A DNA stretch of 64,000 nt from Simkaniaceae bacterium (GCA_021734805.1 JAIPIG010000001.1:15560-79559), one strand, 5' to 3'; counted from the first letter of the stretch, positions 1 to 8,997 are shown. The notes: a model not told the origin generated them from the sequence alone. Numbers and translations: made by a program.

Positions 1-422
1 TCAAACAATGCTATGAGAAAGATCACTACATCGATGCAGCTTGCGTGGGAAAATCAGGAGAGAATATATATCTTCCGGAGGAATTTCATGTTCTTTTAAT
101 TACGGCGACTGGAAGAGGTTCTCGACAATTTTGCCGTGTAGATAAGCATGGATTTCCTAGAACATCTGCTAAAAAACAGCGAAGTATACACGGCTTTAAA
201 ACAGGGAATCTGGTTAAAGCCTTTGTAGAACAAGGCAAGAAAAAAGGAGAGTACTTCGGGAGAGTGGCAGTTAGACTTACGGGGTACTTTTGCATCGATA
301 CTGCAGATGGTAAAGTAGACGGTATAAATCATAGATATTGCCAAAATAAGCAACAAGCTGATGGTTATAACTATATATCTAAAAAATTTAAAACAAGGAG
401 CAGCGTTTCCTCCTCGTCCTAA
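1..422 (+). CDS. IscB-like RNA-guided endonuclease (RRXRR/HNH/RuvC family), 3' portion; the gene runs off the left edge
   Basis: Frame 3 is open from nt 3 (KQCYEKDHYIDAACVG...), so the GTG-45 start in the ORF track is artificial. The tail reads DHYIDAACVG (RuvC-III-like H..DA), ATGRGSRQFCRVDKHGFPR, GFKTGNLVKA, GRVAVRLTGYF and DGYNY. This matches the pattern I recall for the C-terminal third of IscB / 'HNH endonuclease RRXRR' proteins. Recognised from memory, not from a search. Confidence 0.55.
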   Translation, partial: KQCYEKDHYIDAACVGKSGENIYLPEEFHVLLITATGRGSRQFCRVDKHGFPRTSAKKQRSIHGFKTGNLVKAFVEQGKKKGEYFGRVAVRLTGYFCIDTADGKVDGINHRYCQNKQQADGYNYISKKFKTRSSVSSSS

Positions 423-451
423 AGAACGAGGTTTCCTCGCTGTCAAAATTG

Positions 452-1408
452 ATGAATTACGACGTCATTGCATATTATATTTTCACACAGATTGAAGATC
501 CCCATCTCGAGATCAAAAAACAAAAAGTTTTTTGTAAAAACCGCGATATGAGCGGGCGCATCTATATTTCGGAAGAAGGCATTAATGCTCAGCTCAGCGG
601 TGAGCAAAAAGATGCTGAAGCTTACATGGAATGGATGAAGCTTGATCCTCGGTTTGCGGGTATTGAATTTAAAATTCACAAAAGTGAGCATAATGTTTTT
701 AGCAAAATGACGGTTAAATACCGTAAGCAGATCGTTGCCCTTGATGAAAAAGTTGATATGAAGCATACCGGCACCCACCTTTCTCCTGAAAGGTGGGATG
801 AGATGCTCGATCAAAAAGATGATGATACTGTTTTAATTGATGTGCGCAATGACTATGAATGGAAAGTGGGGCATTTTGATGGAGCAGCCCTTCCCGAATT
901 AAAAACATTTCGAGAGTTTCCAAAATATGCCCGCGAACTCAAAGAAAAACGGGATCCTCACAAGACAAAGGTAATGATGTACTGCACCGGGGGAATTCGT
1001 TGCGAACTCTATTCTGCCTTGATGAAAGAGATTGGTTTTGATCAAGTCTATCAGTTGCAAGGGGGCGTTATTAAATATGGCTTGCAAAAGCGATCCAAGC
1101 ACTGGAAAGGAAAATTGTTTGTGTTTGATGATCGGATGGTTATTCCAATCCACGATGAAAAAGATGAAGTGATTAGCAAGTGCCACTACTGCCATCAAAA
1201 AGCGGATCATTATTACAATTGCTCTAACATGGATTGTAATGATCTGATTGTTGCATGTCCCTCTTGTTATGAAGAACACAAGGGATGCTGTTCAGAAGAT
1301 TGCGAGGAGCATGGCCGTAATCGCCCTCTTAAAGAAATCGATAAGCAGATTCCATTCAGGAAGCTTCCTTATGAAGAGAAGCAACGACTTAAGGGTATAC
1401 CGAAATGA
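452..1408 (+). CDS. trhO: Rhodanese-related sulfurtransferase / tRNA uridine(34) hydroxylase (UPF0176, TrhO family)
   Basis: Rhodanese active-site loop MYCTGGIRCE. Cys-rich C-terminal tail (CHYCHQ, CSNMDC, CPSC). Typical length. ATG 452 is preferred over TTG 449. Confidence 0.8.
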   Translation: MNYDVIAYYIFTQIEDPHLEIKKQKVFCKNRDMSGRIYISEEGINAQLSGEQKDAEAYMEWMKLDPRFAGIEFKIHKSEHNVFSKMTVKYRKQIVALDEKVDMKHTGTHLSPERWDEMLDQKDDDTVLIDVRNDYEWKVGHFDGAALPELKTFREFPKYARELKEKRDPHKTKVMMYCTGGIRCELYSALMKEIGFDQVYQLQGGVIKYGLQKRSKHWKGKLFVFDDRMVIPIHDEKDEVISKCHYCHQKADHYYNCSNMDCNDLIVACPSCYEEHKGCCSEDCEEHGRNRPLKEIDKQIPFRKLPYEEKQRLKGIPK

Positions 1409-1411
1409 AAT

Positions 1412-1446
1412 AAAAAAAAGGCCATGGTAAACATGGCCTTTTTTAT
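1412..1446. terminator. Bidirectional intrinsic terminator between convergent trhO and the MORN gene
   Basis: An A-run, then GGCCATG-gtaaa-CATGGCC, then a T-run, located between two convergent stop codons. Confidence 0.75.
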
Positions 1447-1473
1447 GACGTGTCGCACGCGGGATTGTATTGG

Positions 1474-2475
1474 CTATTTCCAAATGGTGCCGCGGTCATT
1501 GATTCGCATGATTTCGTCTTCTCGACGGCATAACTCTTCATATTTCATGCGGCTCACTTTTTCGTTGTTGTAGTACCATGTTGTGGTAGGTACGCCATCA
1601 TAGAAAATGACTGAAGGCCCATGCTTAATATTATCATGCCATTCCGTCTCTTCAGCAAGCTCTTCGCCATCGATAAAATGGCGCTCGATACCATTTTTTT
1701 GTCCATCTAAGAATGGGATTTCCAGGTATTTATACCCATTTTGGTAATAGGTACAGGCTCCATTGAGAAGACCGTCTTTATATTGTTCGCTGGAAATGGG
1801 AGATCCGTATTCAGAATAAACGAGGCGAGGGCCGTTGAGAAGGCCATCTTTATAAAACTCTGAAATAGAAGGGATTTCATTTTTAGAGAAGTATTCTTTT
1901 TGAACGATTGCAAAGTTGTCATAGACAACGCGTGACTTCAATTCGCCATGACCATCTCTTTGAGTCAGGGTTCCGGAACCATTTTCAATGGTCGATTCAA
2001 CTTCATTTGCCGCATTGTAGTATGTGGCGGTGGTTAAATTGCCGTTGACATATTCTTCGGTTGATTTAGGGGTTCCGGAGCTATACCATGAAATTGTTTT
2101 TGTGTGAGTGGGGGATAGGTAGTGTGTTTCTGTAGACGGGATCCCTCTGAGATCATATGTCGTTTTCTTGACAAGGGTACCCCTTTCAAACAAATCTTTC
2201 ATTTCCACAGTTTGGCTATGCGGATAGGTGCGGGCCCGCTCCCCGTGCATTAATCCATCTTCATAATGGGTTGAAACAGTGACACCATTGCGATGTGTCG
2301 CAATGATTTTGCCCGGATAATGATGAGCTTCCCACTCATCTTTTGGGACATCATATCCATATTTATGAATGCAACGCACTGCAATGACTTCATCTCCACT
2401 TTGATGGGCGCGGTTATCACAAGCAACGGTCGCAAGGGCAATACAAGATAGGAGGAAAATATCTCGATACCACAT
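1474..2475 (-). CDS. MORN-variant (YwqK-type) repeat lipoprotein
   Basis: Repeated YxxGxxxG units (YEDGLMHGERARTY, YKDGLLNGPRLVY, YKDGLLNGACTYYQNG, FLDGQKNGIERHF). The N-terminus MWYRDIFLLSCIALATVAC resembles a lipoprotein signal ending at Cys19. Confidence 0.65.
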   Translation of the reverse strand: MWYRDIFLLSCIALATVACDNRAHQSGDEVIAVRCIHKYGYDVPKDEWEAHHYPGKIIATHRNGVTVSTHYEDGLMHGERARTYPHSQTVEMKDLFERGTLVKKTTYDLRGIPSTETHYLSPTHTKTISWYSSGTPKSTEEYVNGNLTTATYYNAANEVESTIENGSGTLTQRDGHGELKSRVVYDNFAIVQKEYFSKNEIPSISEFYKDGLLNGPRLVYSEYGSPISSEQYKDGLLNGACTYYQNGYKYLEIPFLDGQKNGIERHFIDGEELAEETEWHDNIKHGPSVIFYDGVPTTTWYYNNEKVSRMKYEELCRREDEIMRINDRGTIWK

Positions 2476-2555
2476 GAAAAACTCCCTTAATATTAATCAG
2501 TACTGAGTATTAACATTACTTAATTGGATCTTTTTTACAATCAGAAAGTAAATCC

Positions 2556-2617
2556 AACGGCAATTATTAGCCCTCGATTTTTTCCGAGGAAAAAATCGGG
2601 GGCTAATAATTGCCGTT
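2556..2617. repeat. 62-nt near-perfect palindrome in the divergent promoter region upstream of the TA pair
   Basis: AACGGCAATTATTAGCCCTCGATTTTTTCC-GA-GGAAAAAATCGGGGGCTAATAATTGCCGTT. The arms are complementary except for one T/G position. Confidence 0.9.
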
Positions 2618-2730
2618 TAATAAAGATTTTTCTTTTGCAATTTGTTCTGAAAACCAATGACTTATAAAAAAATCTAGCACTAATTCGCTTCTCGTAGTAA
2701 CATTGTGAATACAGAAGGGAGGGCTTTTTT

Positions 2731-2961
2731 ATGTTAAAACGCTTAATTAAGCATGGTAATAGCCGTGCGATAGTGGTAGATAAGGCTATTTTAGAAGCTG
2801 CGGGAATTCCAGAAGATGCCGTATTTCAAATTTCAGTAAACCCTAGTGGCGGATTAGTTATTCAGTCAGTCACAGATACTAATCTCGATGAATTTCGTGA
2901 AAAATTCAAAGAACTCAATAAAAAACATAAAAAACTTATGCAGAATTTGGCGGATTTGTGA
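2731..2961 (+). CDS. AbrB/MazE/SpoVT-fold antitoxin (Phd-like partner of Doc)
   Basis: 76 aa. The N-terminus LIKHGNSRAIVVDKAILEAAGI is the looped-hinge-helix signature. The stop overlaps the start of the next gene. RBS GGGAGGG lies upstream. Confidence 0.75.
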   Translation: MLKRLIKHGNSRAIVVDKAILEAAGIPEDAVFQISVNPSGGLVIQSVTDTNLDEFREKFKELNKKHKKLMQNLADL

Positions 2962-3362
2962 TTCATTACATTACTTATCAATATGTTGTTGAAATTCATG
3001 ATCATTTAGTTAGTGAATACGGTGGAAGAACGGGGGTTTTAAATGAAGGTCTTTTAAGATCCGCTTTAGAAATGCCCAAAGCACGTTTCAATAAGAAAGA
3101 TTTACATCGAACGATTTTTGATAAAACTGCGGCATATCTTTTTCATATTATTCAAAACCACCCTTTTGTAGATGGCAACAAGCGTACTGCATCAATGGCA
3201 GCAATGGTTTTCTTTGCTTCAAATTGTAAAAAAGGATTTACTATTTTTAATGAAGAATATCAAGAACTCATTCTGAGAGTTGCTCAAGGAGAAGTAACAA
3301 AAAAAGAAATAGCTAAATTTTTTCGCAATTCGCAACACAAAAAAATAAAAGATTCTGATTAA
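2958..3362 (+). CDS. doc: Doc (death-on-curing) family Fic-fold toxin
   Basis: HPFVDGNKRTA matches the Fic/Doc core motif HxFx(D/E)GNKR. 134 aa. The GTG start overlaps the antitoxin stop (GTGA, 2958-2961). Confidence 0.85.
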   Translation: MIHYITYQYVVEIHDHLVSEYGGRTGVLNEGLLRSALEMPKARFNKKDLHRTIFDKTAAYLFHIIQNHPFVDGNKRTASMAAMVFFASNCKKGFTIFNEEYQELILRVAQGEVTKKEIAKFFRNSQHKKIKDSD

Positions 3363-3376
3363 AAAATGCCCAATAT

Positions 3377-5773
3377 TCAAATGGAAGCGAGATTTTGGAT
3401 GATTTTGGCATGTTCTTCATCCACTTGTTTCATTTCTAGTGTTCCCGTATCATCCCGATAAGTAAAGCGGAGGGTCATATTTTGCTTTCCAAGGCCAACT
3501 TTTTGCTCATCTTTAAAAACATCAATGAGTTCAATGTTTTTGAGAAGGGGTGAATTGCCTTGAGCAATCTTATCGTAGAGTGCATGGATGGATATATTGT
3601 CGCTAAGAGTGAGCGTCAAATCGCGTTGTGAGCCGGGATATTGGGGGATGGATTCGAACGTGGTTGAATCTAAATCGAGTTGTAAAAGTTTATCGAGATC
3701 GATTTGAGCGTAGAGAACTCGTTTTTTCGGATCTAACGATAGTTTTCGGCATTCATTAGGATGGACTTCTCCTAAGACTCCAATTGTTTCATTGTCTAAG
3801 ATAATTTCACATTGACGGCCCGGATGAAAAGCATAAAAATGGGAGCGTTTGAAATCAATATTGGATAAGCAGAGACCAATGAAAAGATTTTCTACATGAC
3901 CTTTTAAATCAAAGAAATCCACATCCATTGGCTTATCGGAAAAATGATAAGGGCGACGTTTCCCCGACAAAAGGATGGCTAGGGCGTGTTTTTCAAAATA
4001 GTTGTCATTTTCATGAAAATGAAGTGCCCCCATTTCAAAGGCTTGAATATCGAAGATTTGTCTATTTTGATTGTGTTTAAGCGTTTCTAATAGGCCCGGT
4101 AAAAAACTCGCGCGCAAGATCGATTGGTCGATTGATTTTGCATGCAGAACTGAAATCAAATTCTCTTTTTTCAACGTTTGATCCAGGCCAACGTGTGCGA
4201 GCTTCGGTGAAATGAGATTGCAGGTTAAAAATTCTTGCAACCCTTCCTGCATCAACTTGGCCTTAATTTTTCTCTCTAAAAGGAATCTTGGATGATGCCC
4301 TATTGAGGAGAGTGAGAAGCGGCATTCTTCTCGTTTGATATTATTGAATCCAAAGAGGCGGCAAACCTCCTCGAGAAGGTCAATTTCGTGACGTATATCA
4401 TTGCGGTAAGAGGGGGGAGTGATCGTTAAACTTTCATTGTGAGAAGTTTTAATCTGACATTCAAGTCGTTTGAAAAGAGCAATGACTTCGTTTTGGCTCA
4501 ATTGAATGCCAATGATGCGCTCTATTTCAGAGATCCGGAAGTGAATCGAGTGGGGCTTAAAGGCTGTTTTTTCAATGGCTAGGGTATTTTTAGAGGGGGT
4601 TGCGCCTGTCAGCTCACAAATGAGAGCCACGGTTTGATCGAGGGCTCTTTGGACGCCACAAGGATCAATTCCCCGTTCAAATCGATAAGAAGAATCGGAA
4701 TGCGTGCCGATTTTTTTTGTAGAGCGGCGGATTTCAGATGGGTTAAAATGGGCCGATTCAATGATCACTGTGGTTGTTTGATCAGAAATAGCCGAATCAT
4801 CTCCTCCGATCACTCCGGCTACTGCAATAGGCGTTTCTCCGTCATAAATAAGGAGCGTTCCGGCAGGGATGCGTCTTTCTTGGCCATCAAGCGTTTTAAG
4901 CTTAGTTTCAGAAGGATTTTTTTTAACTGAAATCTTTTTATGCTCGAGTTTATCAAAGTCAAAAGCATGCATTGGCTGGCCAAGCTCCAGCATGACGTAA
5001 TTCAGTGCATCTACAATGTTATTAATCGATTTGATTCCCGATTGTTCAAGACGCGATTTTAACCATGAAGGAGAAGGTTCGACCTTAATGTTTTCAATCA
5101 TGCGCATGCGATATTGAGAGCAATCTTGAGCATCATCGACATGAATAAAAACTTTTGAAAGCGCATCGGATGCAGTGGTTTTTTCAATCGCCCTCTTGGG
5201 TAGTTGGTAGGGGGTGTTGAGTTGGGCAGAGAGCTCTCTTGCAATGCCGATCATGGAGGCTGCATGGCCTAAATTAGGCGTTAAACTCACTTCTAAGATA
5301 GGATCATAGAGGTAACGAGCCAGGTGTTCTCCAATGGGGGCATCAGAAGGCAATTCCATAATGCCGTCTGAAGGCTGAGATGAGAGTTTTAATTCCTCTT
5401 CAGAACAAAGCATTCCGTAAGATTCGACGCCTCTTAAGCGTGCTTTAGAAATTTTAAAGGGTTTTGCATCAGGGCCTTGGAGGATGGCCCCAATCGGTGC
5501 AAAGGCAACAATCAGGCCTTCGCGGCAATTTGCTGCGCCGCATACAACCGTATGGAGCTCCGTTCCATCAAAGACTTTAGCAATATGGAGGCGCTGTGCA
5601 TCGGGATGAGGAGTGACTTGCTGTACTTTGGCTATTTTAACGTCTTTAAAAGAAAAATGGGCGTTTTCGACTCCCTCAACTTCAAGTCCTCCTAGAGTGA
5701 GGAGATTGCTGAGGTCATTAATAGAAAGGTCGAAAGAGATGTATTCTTTGAGCCAAGAGGTTAAAACGCGCAT
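3377..5773 (-). CDS. pheT: Phenylalanine--tRNA ligase beta subunit
   Basis: Canonical start MRVLTSWLKEYISFDL at ATG 5773. The 33 hydrophobic codons upstream in the ORF track are not PheT-like. 798 aa with an N-terminal tRNA-binding domain (KIAKVQQVTPHPDAQRLHIAKV). Confidence 0.95.
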   Translation of the reverse strand: MRVLTSWLKEYISFDLSINDLSNLLTLGGLEVEGVENAHFSFKDVKIAKVQQVTPHPDAQRLHIAKVFDGTELHTVVCGAANCREGLIVAFAPIGAILQGPDAKPFKISKARLRGVESYGMLCSEEELKLSSQPSDGIMELPSDAPIGEHLARYLYDPILEVSLTPNLGHAASMIGIARELSAQLNTPYQLPKRAIEKTTASDALSKVFIHVDDAQDCSQYRMRMIENIKVEPSPSWLKSRLEQSGIKSINNIVDALNYVMLELGQPMHAFDFDKLEHKKISVKKNPSETKLKTLDGQERRIPAGTLLIYDGETPIAVAGVIGGDDSAISDQTTTVIIESAHFNPSEIRRSTKKIGTHSDSSYRFERGIDPCGVQRALDQTVALICELTGATPSKNTLAIEKTAFKPHSIHFRISEIERIIGIQLSQNEVIALFKRLECQIKTSHNESLTITPPSYRNDIRHEIDLLEEVCRLFGFNNIKREECRFSLSSIGHHPRFLLERKIKAKLMQEGLQEFLTCNLISPKLAHVGLDQTLKKENLISVLHAKSIDQSILRASFLPGLLETLKHNQNRQIFDIQAFEMGALHFHENDNYFEKHALAILLSGKRRPYHFSDKPMDVDFFDLKGHVENLFIGLCLSNIDFKRSHFYAFHPGRQCEIILDNETIGVLGEVHPNECRKLSLDPKKRVLYAQIDLDKLLQLDLDSTTFESIPQYPGSQRDLTLTLSDNISIHALYDKIAQGNSPLLKNIELIDVFKDEQKVGLGKQNMTLRFTYRDDTGTLEMKQVDEEHAKIIQNLASI

Positions 5774-5965
5774 GGTGTGTCCTTTTAGAAAAAGATTTTC
5801 TATGATCCTATTGCCGGAATTGTAGAGGCTCGAGAAAAAAAAGGCAAATAAGAAGAGGAGCGAGATTCCCATCTCATCAACAGGATGAAAAGAGTCGACT
5901 AAAAAAGAGCAGTATTAAATAATTTGATTAACCTACCTCTTCAAATTCCCAAATTATTGTGCAGC

Positions 5966-7159
5966 ATGGAAAGAGATTCAAATAAAAGATTAAAAATCGT
6001 AACGCAAATTTTAGTGCTAAGCATTGCGCTCAATATCGGTTTGATTGTTGCTCTTGGGGCAAGAGCAATGCACTCCCGTCCAAAAGATCAACAGCCTATT
6101 GCAAAAACGCCTCTCAAAGATAAACCCAAACTCATGAGTTATGCTGAGCTCATTGAGGGTTTTTTTGGACTCTCTTTTTTTCAACTTCTCGATTTGCTTC
6201 GCGATGTATCTCCAATTCAAGACGGTTTAAAAAAACGAGATATCGCACTGACTTGCCTTGTCGATTTTTACGACTTAGATATTGAACGAGCGCTGCAAGG
6301 TATGGAGCTTCAAAAGAGGAAAATTCATTTTGTGCGCTCCGCAGGTAATGAGCACGTTCAATTTCATCTGTATCCCGGGCTGAAAGAAGAACACTTTGCG
6401 GCTATTTTAGCTTTTGTCAAACAAGAAAAATGGCCCCTGACTGCAAGGGGGTTATTTTATGAATTATTAACGCAAAAAAAGAGAGAGCACTCTCTTTATG
6501 ATGCGTTTGCCTTGTCTGATTGCTTTCGCATTATCCATACCCTATTTGCAAGATCCGGGTATGATTTAACTAACGAATTGCTGATTGATATTCTTCTCGA
6601 TGGAGAATGGGAGTTTATTGAAAAATTTGTTTTTGCTCAGCAAGTCAGTATTGATTTTTCTCCGAGAATTTTTGATGCATTTATCTTTCAGTTCTTAAAA
6701 TTCAAGTCAGCTAAATTATTTCAAGTGATGATCGAGGATCATCGCGAGGATGTGATCCGCCGTATCGATGATGCACTTTTAGTCGATCTTATAGCTAGAA
6801 TCAATGACCATAACGATTCAGTCGATCAGTTTTTGCGAAAAATGATCCTATCGATTCGCACTGATACGGTAAGGGAAGCTGCCGGGAAGAAGTTATATGA
6901 ATTATTAGGGGAAAGGCCACCTGAACCTTATCAACATCAAATGGCGCTACAGCATTTTTTCCCCCGTATGGCTTCGCATAAAACAAAAGAGACCGCTTTA
7001 CCAACGCGCTCGATGAATGAATACACAGTCAAGCCGGGGGATTCTTTGTGGCTCATTGCAAAAAAGTATAAAGTGAGCGTGGATGACATTATTGAAACCA
7101 ATCAACTTTCATCTAAAAAACTCGATGTCGGGATGAAATTATGCATTCCCGAAAAGTGA
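5966..7159 (+). CDS. Membrane-anchored LysM domain protein
   Basis: C-terminal LysM domain (YTVKPGDSLWLIAKKYKVSVDDIIETNQLSSKKLDVGMKLCIP). N-terminal TM segment IVTQILVLSIALNIGLIVALG. ATG 5966 is preferred over TTG 5924. Confidence 0.7.
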   Translation: MERDSNKRLKIVTQILVLSIALNIGLIVALGARAMHSRPKDQQPIAKTPLKDKPKLMSYAELIEGFFGLSFFQLLDLLRDVSPIQDGLKKRDIALTCLVDFYDLDIERALQGMELQKRKIHFVRSAGNEHVQFHLYPGLKEEHFAAILAFVKQEKWPLTARGLFYELLTQKKREHSLYDAFALSDCFRIIHTLFARSGYDLTNELLIDILLDGEWEFIEKFVFAQQVSIDFSPRIFDAFIFQFLKFKSAKLFQVMIEDHREDVIRRIDDALLVDLIARINDHNDSVDQFLRKMILSIRTDTVREAAGKKLYELLGERPPEPYQHQMALQHFFPRMASHKTKETALPTRSMNEYTVKPGDSLWLIAKKYKVSVDDIIETNQLSSKKLDVGMKLCIPEK

Positions 7160-7164
7160 GTTCT

Positions 7165-7407
7165 TTACTCTATTTCGTTATATTTGCGCCGCCGCTTTGG
7201 GATCACAAAATCGACACCGCCCGGATGCCAAGGGTGGCATTTTAAAAGGCGTTTTATGGTAAGGTAAAGGCCGTGTCTTAAACCATGAATTTTAAGAGCG
7301 TCTAAGGCGTATTGAGAGCAAGTGGGATAAAAGCGACAACGTCTTCCTAAAAGAGGGGAGATCCACTTTTGGTAGCCTCTGATAATTAAAGTTAGGAATT
7401 GCGCCAT
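7165..7407 (-). CDS. yidD: Membrane protein insertion efficiency factor YidD
   Basis: 80 aa with CRFYPTCSQYALDAL...KCHPWHPGGVD, the YidD signature. Confidence 0.9.
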   Translation of the reverse strand: MAQFLTLIIRGYQKWISPLLGRRCRFYPTCSQYALDALKIHGLRHGLYLTIKRLLKCHPWHPGGVDFVIPKRRRKYNEIE

Positions 7408-7437
7408 AGATAATCTGCTTTGAGAAGGGAATGTCCA

Positions 7438-8562
7438 ATGATCTATTTTAAAGAGTTAATCGAAACTAAGCAAATAAAAACCACCATTCAATATTTCTGT
7501 AAGGTGATTACATTTTTATCGCTCTTATTGATATCTTGTCGTGGACTACATGCCTCTTCTCTTGCGATTGAAATTGTCCCTTCTTGTGAAGAAGATATGC
7601 ACTATCAATTTTTAAGTCCTCAAGAGCAAGTGGATCCCATGCGTTCGGGCTGGGATCGCGCTTGGAGCATTTTTTATCAAGATGTCATCAAAAAGGGAGG
7701 GGATTTAAATTTTACCGATTTGTCAGATGTCCCTAAAAAGCGGCATAAGCTTTTGCGCTTGATGCCTTGGACACAATTGAAAGCGTCTACGGATCTCATT
7801 ATTGCCTGGGGGATGCCTCACTTTATTCATTCGCGAAAGTTCTTTAATCTACCTAAAAGAAAGATGATTTTATTTTTGATCGAACCCCCGACGGTCATCG
7901 AGCATCAATATCAAGAAAAAGTAAAAGAATCTTTTCGTAAAATTTTCACTTGGAATGACGATCTCGTTGACAACAAGACTTTTTTTAAATTTTATTATCC
8001 CGTTTTAAAGCCGGCGATTGATGAACCTGTTTCTTTTTCAAATAAATCACTTGTCTGCATGGTGGTTGCCAATAAGCACTCCTCGCACCCGGATGAACTC
8101 TATAGTAAACGCAATCAAATCATTCAGTCTCTGGATCACCGCCCGGATTTTCATCTCTATGGACATGGTTGGGACAGTGAATATTTTAAATCCTATCGAG
8201 GATCGGTCCCCGATAAAATAGAAACAATGAAGCACTATCGCTTCACATTTTGTTTAGAAAATATGGGCAATGTGCGCGGCTATATTACCGAGAAAATTTT
8301 TGATGCGTTTAGCGCATTAACGGTTCCCATTTATGAAGGGGCAAGTAATATTGCAGATGAAATTCCATCTAGCTGTTTCATCGATTTGCGCACATTTGCT
8401 TCCATTGATGCATTGATGCAATTTTTAGAGTCGATGCCGCAAGAACAATACGAACAATATCTCTTTAATATTCAAAAATTTTTGCTTAGCGAACAAGCAC
8501 AAAAATTTTCAACTGAGGCGTTTACACAGCTTCTCAAGGATGAAATTTTGAAGGATTATTAA
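7438..8562 (+). CDS. Glycosyltransferase family 10 (alpha-1,3/4-fucosyltransferase-like), N-terminal membrane anchor
   Basis: FTFCLENMGNVRGYITEKIFDAFSALTVPIYEG matches the GT10 motif F.FEN...GY(V/I)TEK...(T/A)(V/I)P(V/I)Y known from Helicobacter FutA/B and eukaryotic FUTs. TM segment VITFLSLLLISC. An alternative TTG start lies at 7420. Confidence 0.8.
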   Translation: MIYFKELIETKQIKTTIQYFCKVITFLSLLLISCRGLHASSLAIEIVPSCEEDMHYQFLSPQEQVDPMRSGWDRAWSIFYQDVIKKGGDLNFTDLSDVPKKRHKLLRLMPWTQLKASTDLIIAWGMPHFIHSRKFFNLPKRKMILFLIEPPTVIEHQYQEKVKESFRKIFTWNDDLVDNKTFFKFYYPVLKPAIDEPVSFSNKSLVCMVVANKHSSHPDELYSKRNQIIQSLDHRPDFHLYGHGWDSEYFKSYRGSVPDKIETMKHYRFTFCLENMGNVRGYITEKIFDAFSALTVPIYEGASNIADEIPSSCFIDLRTFASIDALMQFLESMPQEQYEQYLFNIQKFLLSEQAQKFSTEAFTQLLKDEILKDY

Positions 8563-8810
8563 TAATATACTCATTCCGGTTGGATGGCGCTCAAAAGAAG
8601 TGAATTGAAGAAAATGCCCTGTATTTCGGTATATTCCTACTTGCAGCAAAAAGGTCCTTTTTGTATGATCTGAGCCTCATTCGTCGTTAAAAAAAATCCT
8701 CCATAAACAGAGGAGATTTTTTGGTAGTTAATGAATATTAGCTATCACATCGTCCGGGCCGCTTGGAGCTACCCGCTTAAACAGGGAAGTTACAGCAGCC
8801 TACTTCAAAT

Positions 8811-8891
8811 GCGGAAGTGGCGGAATGGCAGACGCACTACTTTGAGGTGGTAGCGGGGTAACTCGTGGGGGTTCAAGTCCCCCCTTCCGCA
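8811..8891 (+). tRNA. tRNA-Leu (anticodon GAG), type II with long variable arm
   Basis: Acceptor stem GCGGAAG/CTTCCGC. Anticodon stem CTACT/GGTAG with loop TTGAGGT. T-arm GGGGG-TTCAAGT-CCCCC. No encoded CCA. Confidence 0.9.
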
Positions 8892-8997
8892 TCTTTTTTT
8901 TCATCCAGAGGAAATTGCAAAGCTAAGAAGAAAAAAATGCTTTTCTATAAAGGTCAGGCAATGGCCTTTCTCATATCAACTCAATTTTCAATGAGTA

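Noticed and set aside
5774-5872. 33-codon hydrophobic N-terminal extension of pheT (MGISLLFLFAFFF...)
   Set aside because: PheT proteins start with M.(V/I)S..WL.EY, which is found at ATG 5773. The extension is a read-through of the AT-rich upstream region.
8735-8810. Possible SRP (4.5S) RNA or other ncRNA just upstream of tRNA-Leu (contains GGGAAG...CAGCAGCC)
   Set aside because: The order and spacing of the motifs do not match the conserved domain IV helix (GGAA tetraloop flanked by AGCA and GGAAGCAGCC), and I could not draw a convincing long hairpin. It is more likely the tRNA leader.
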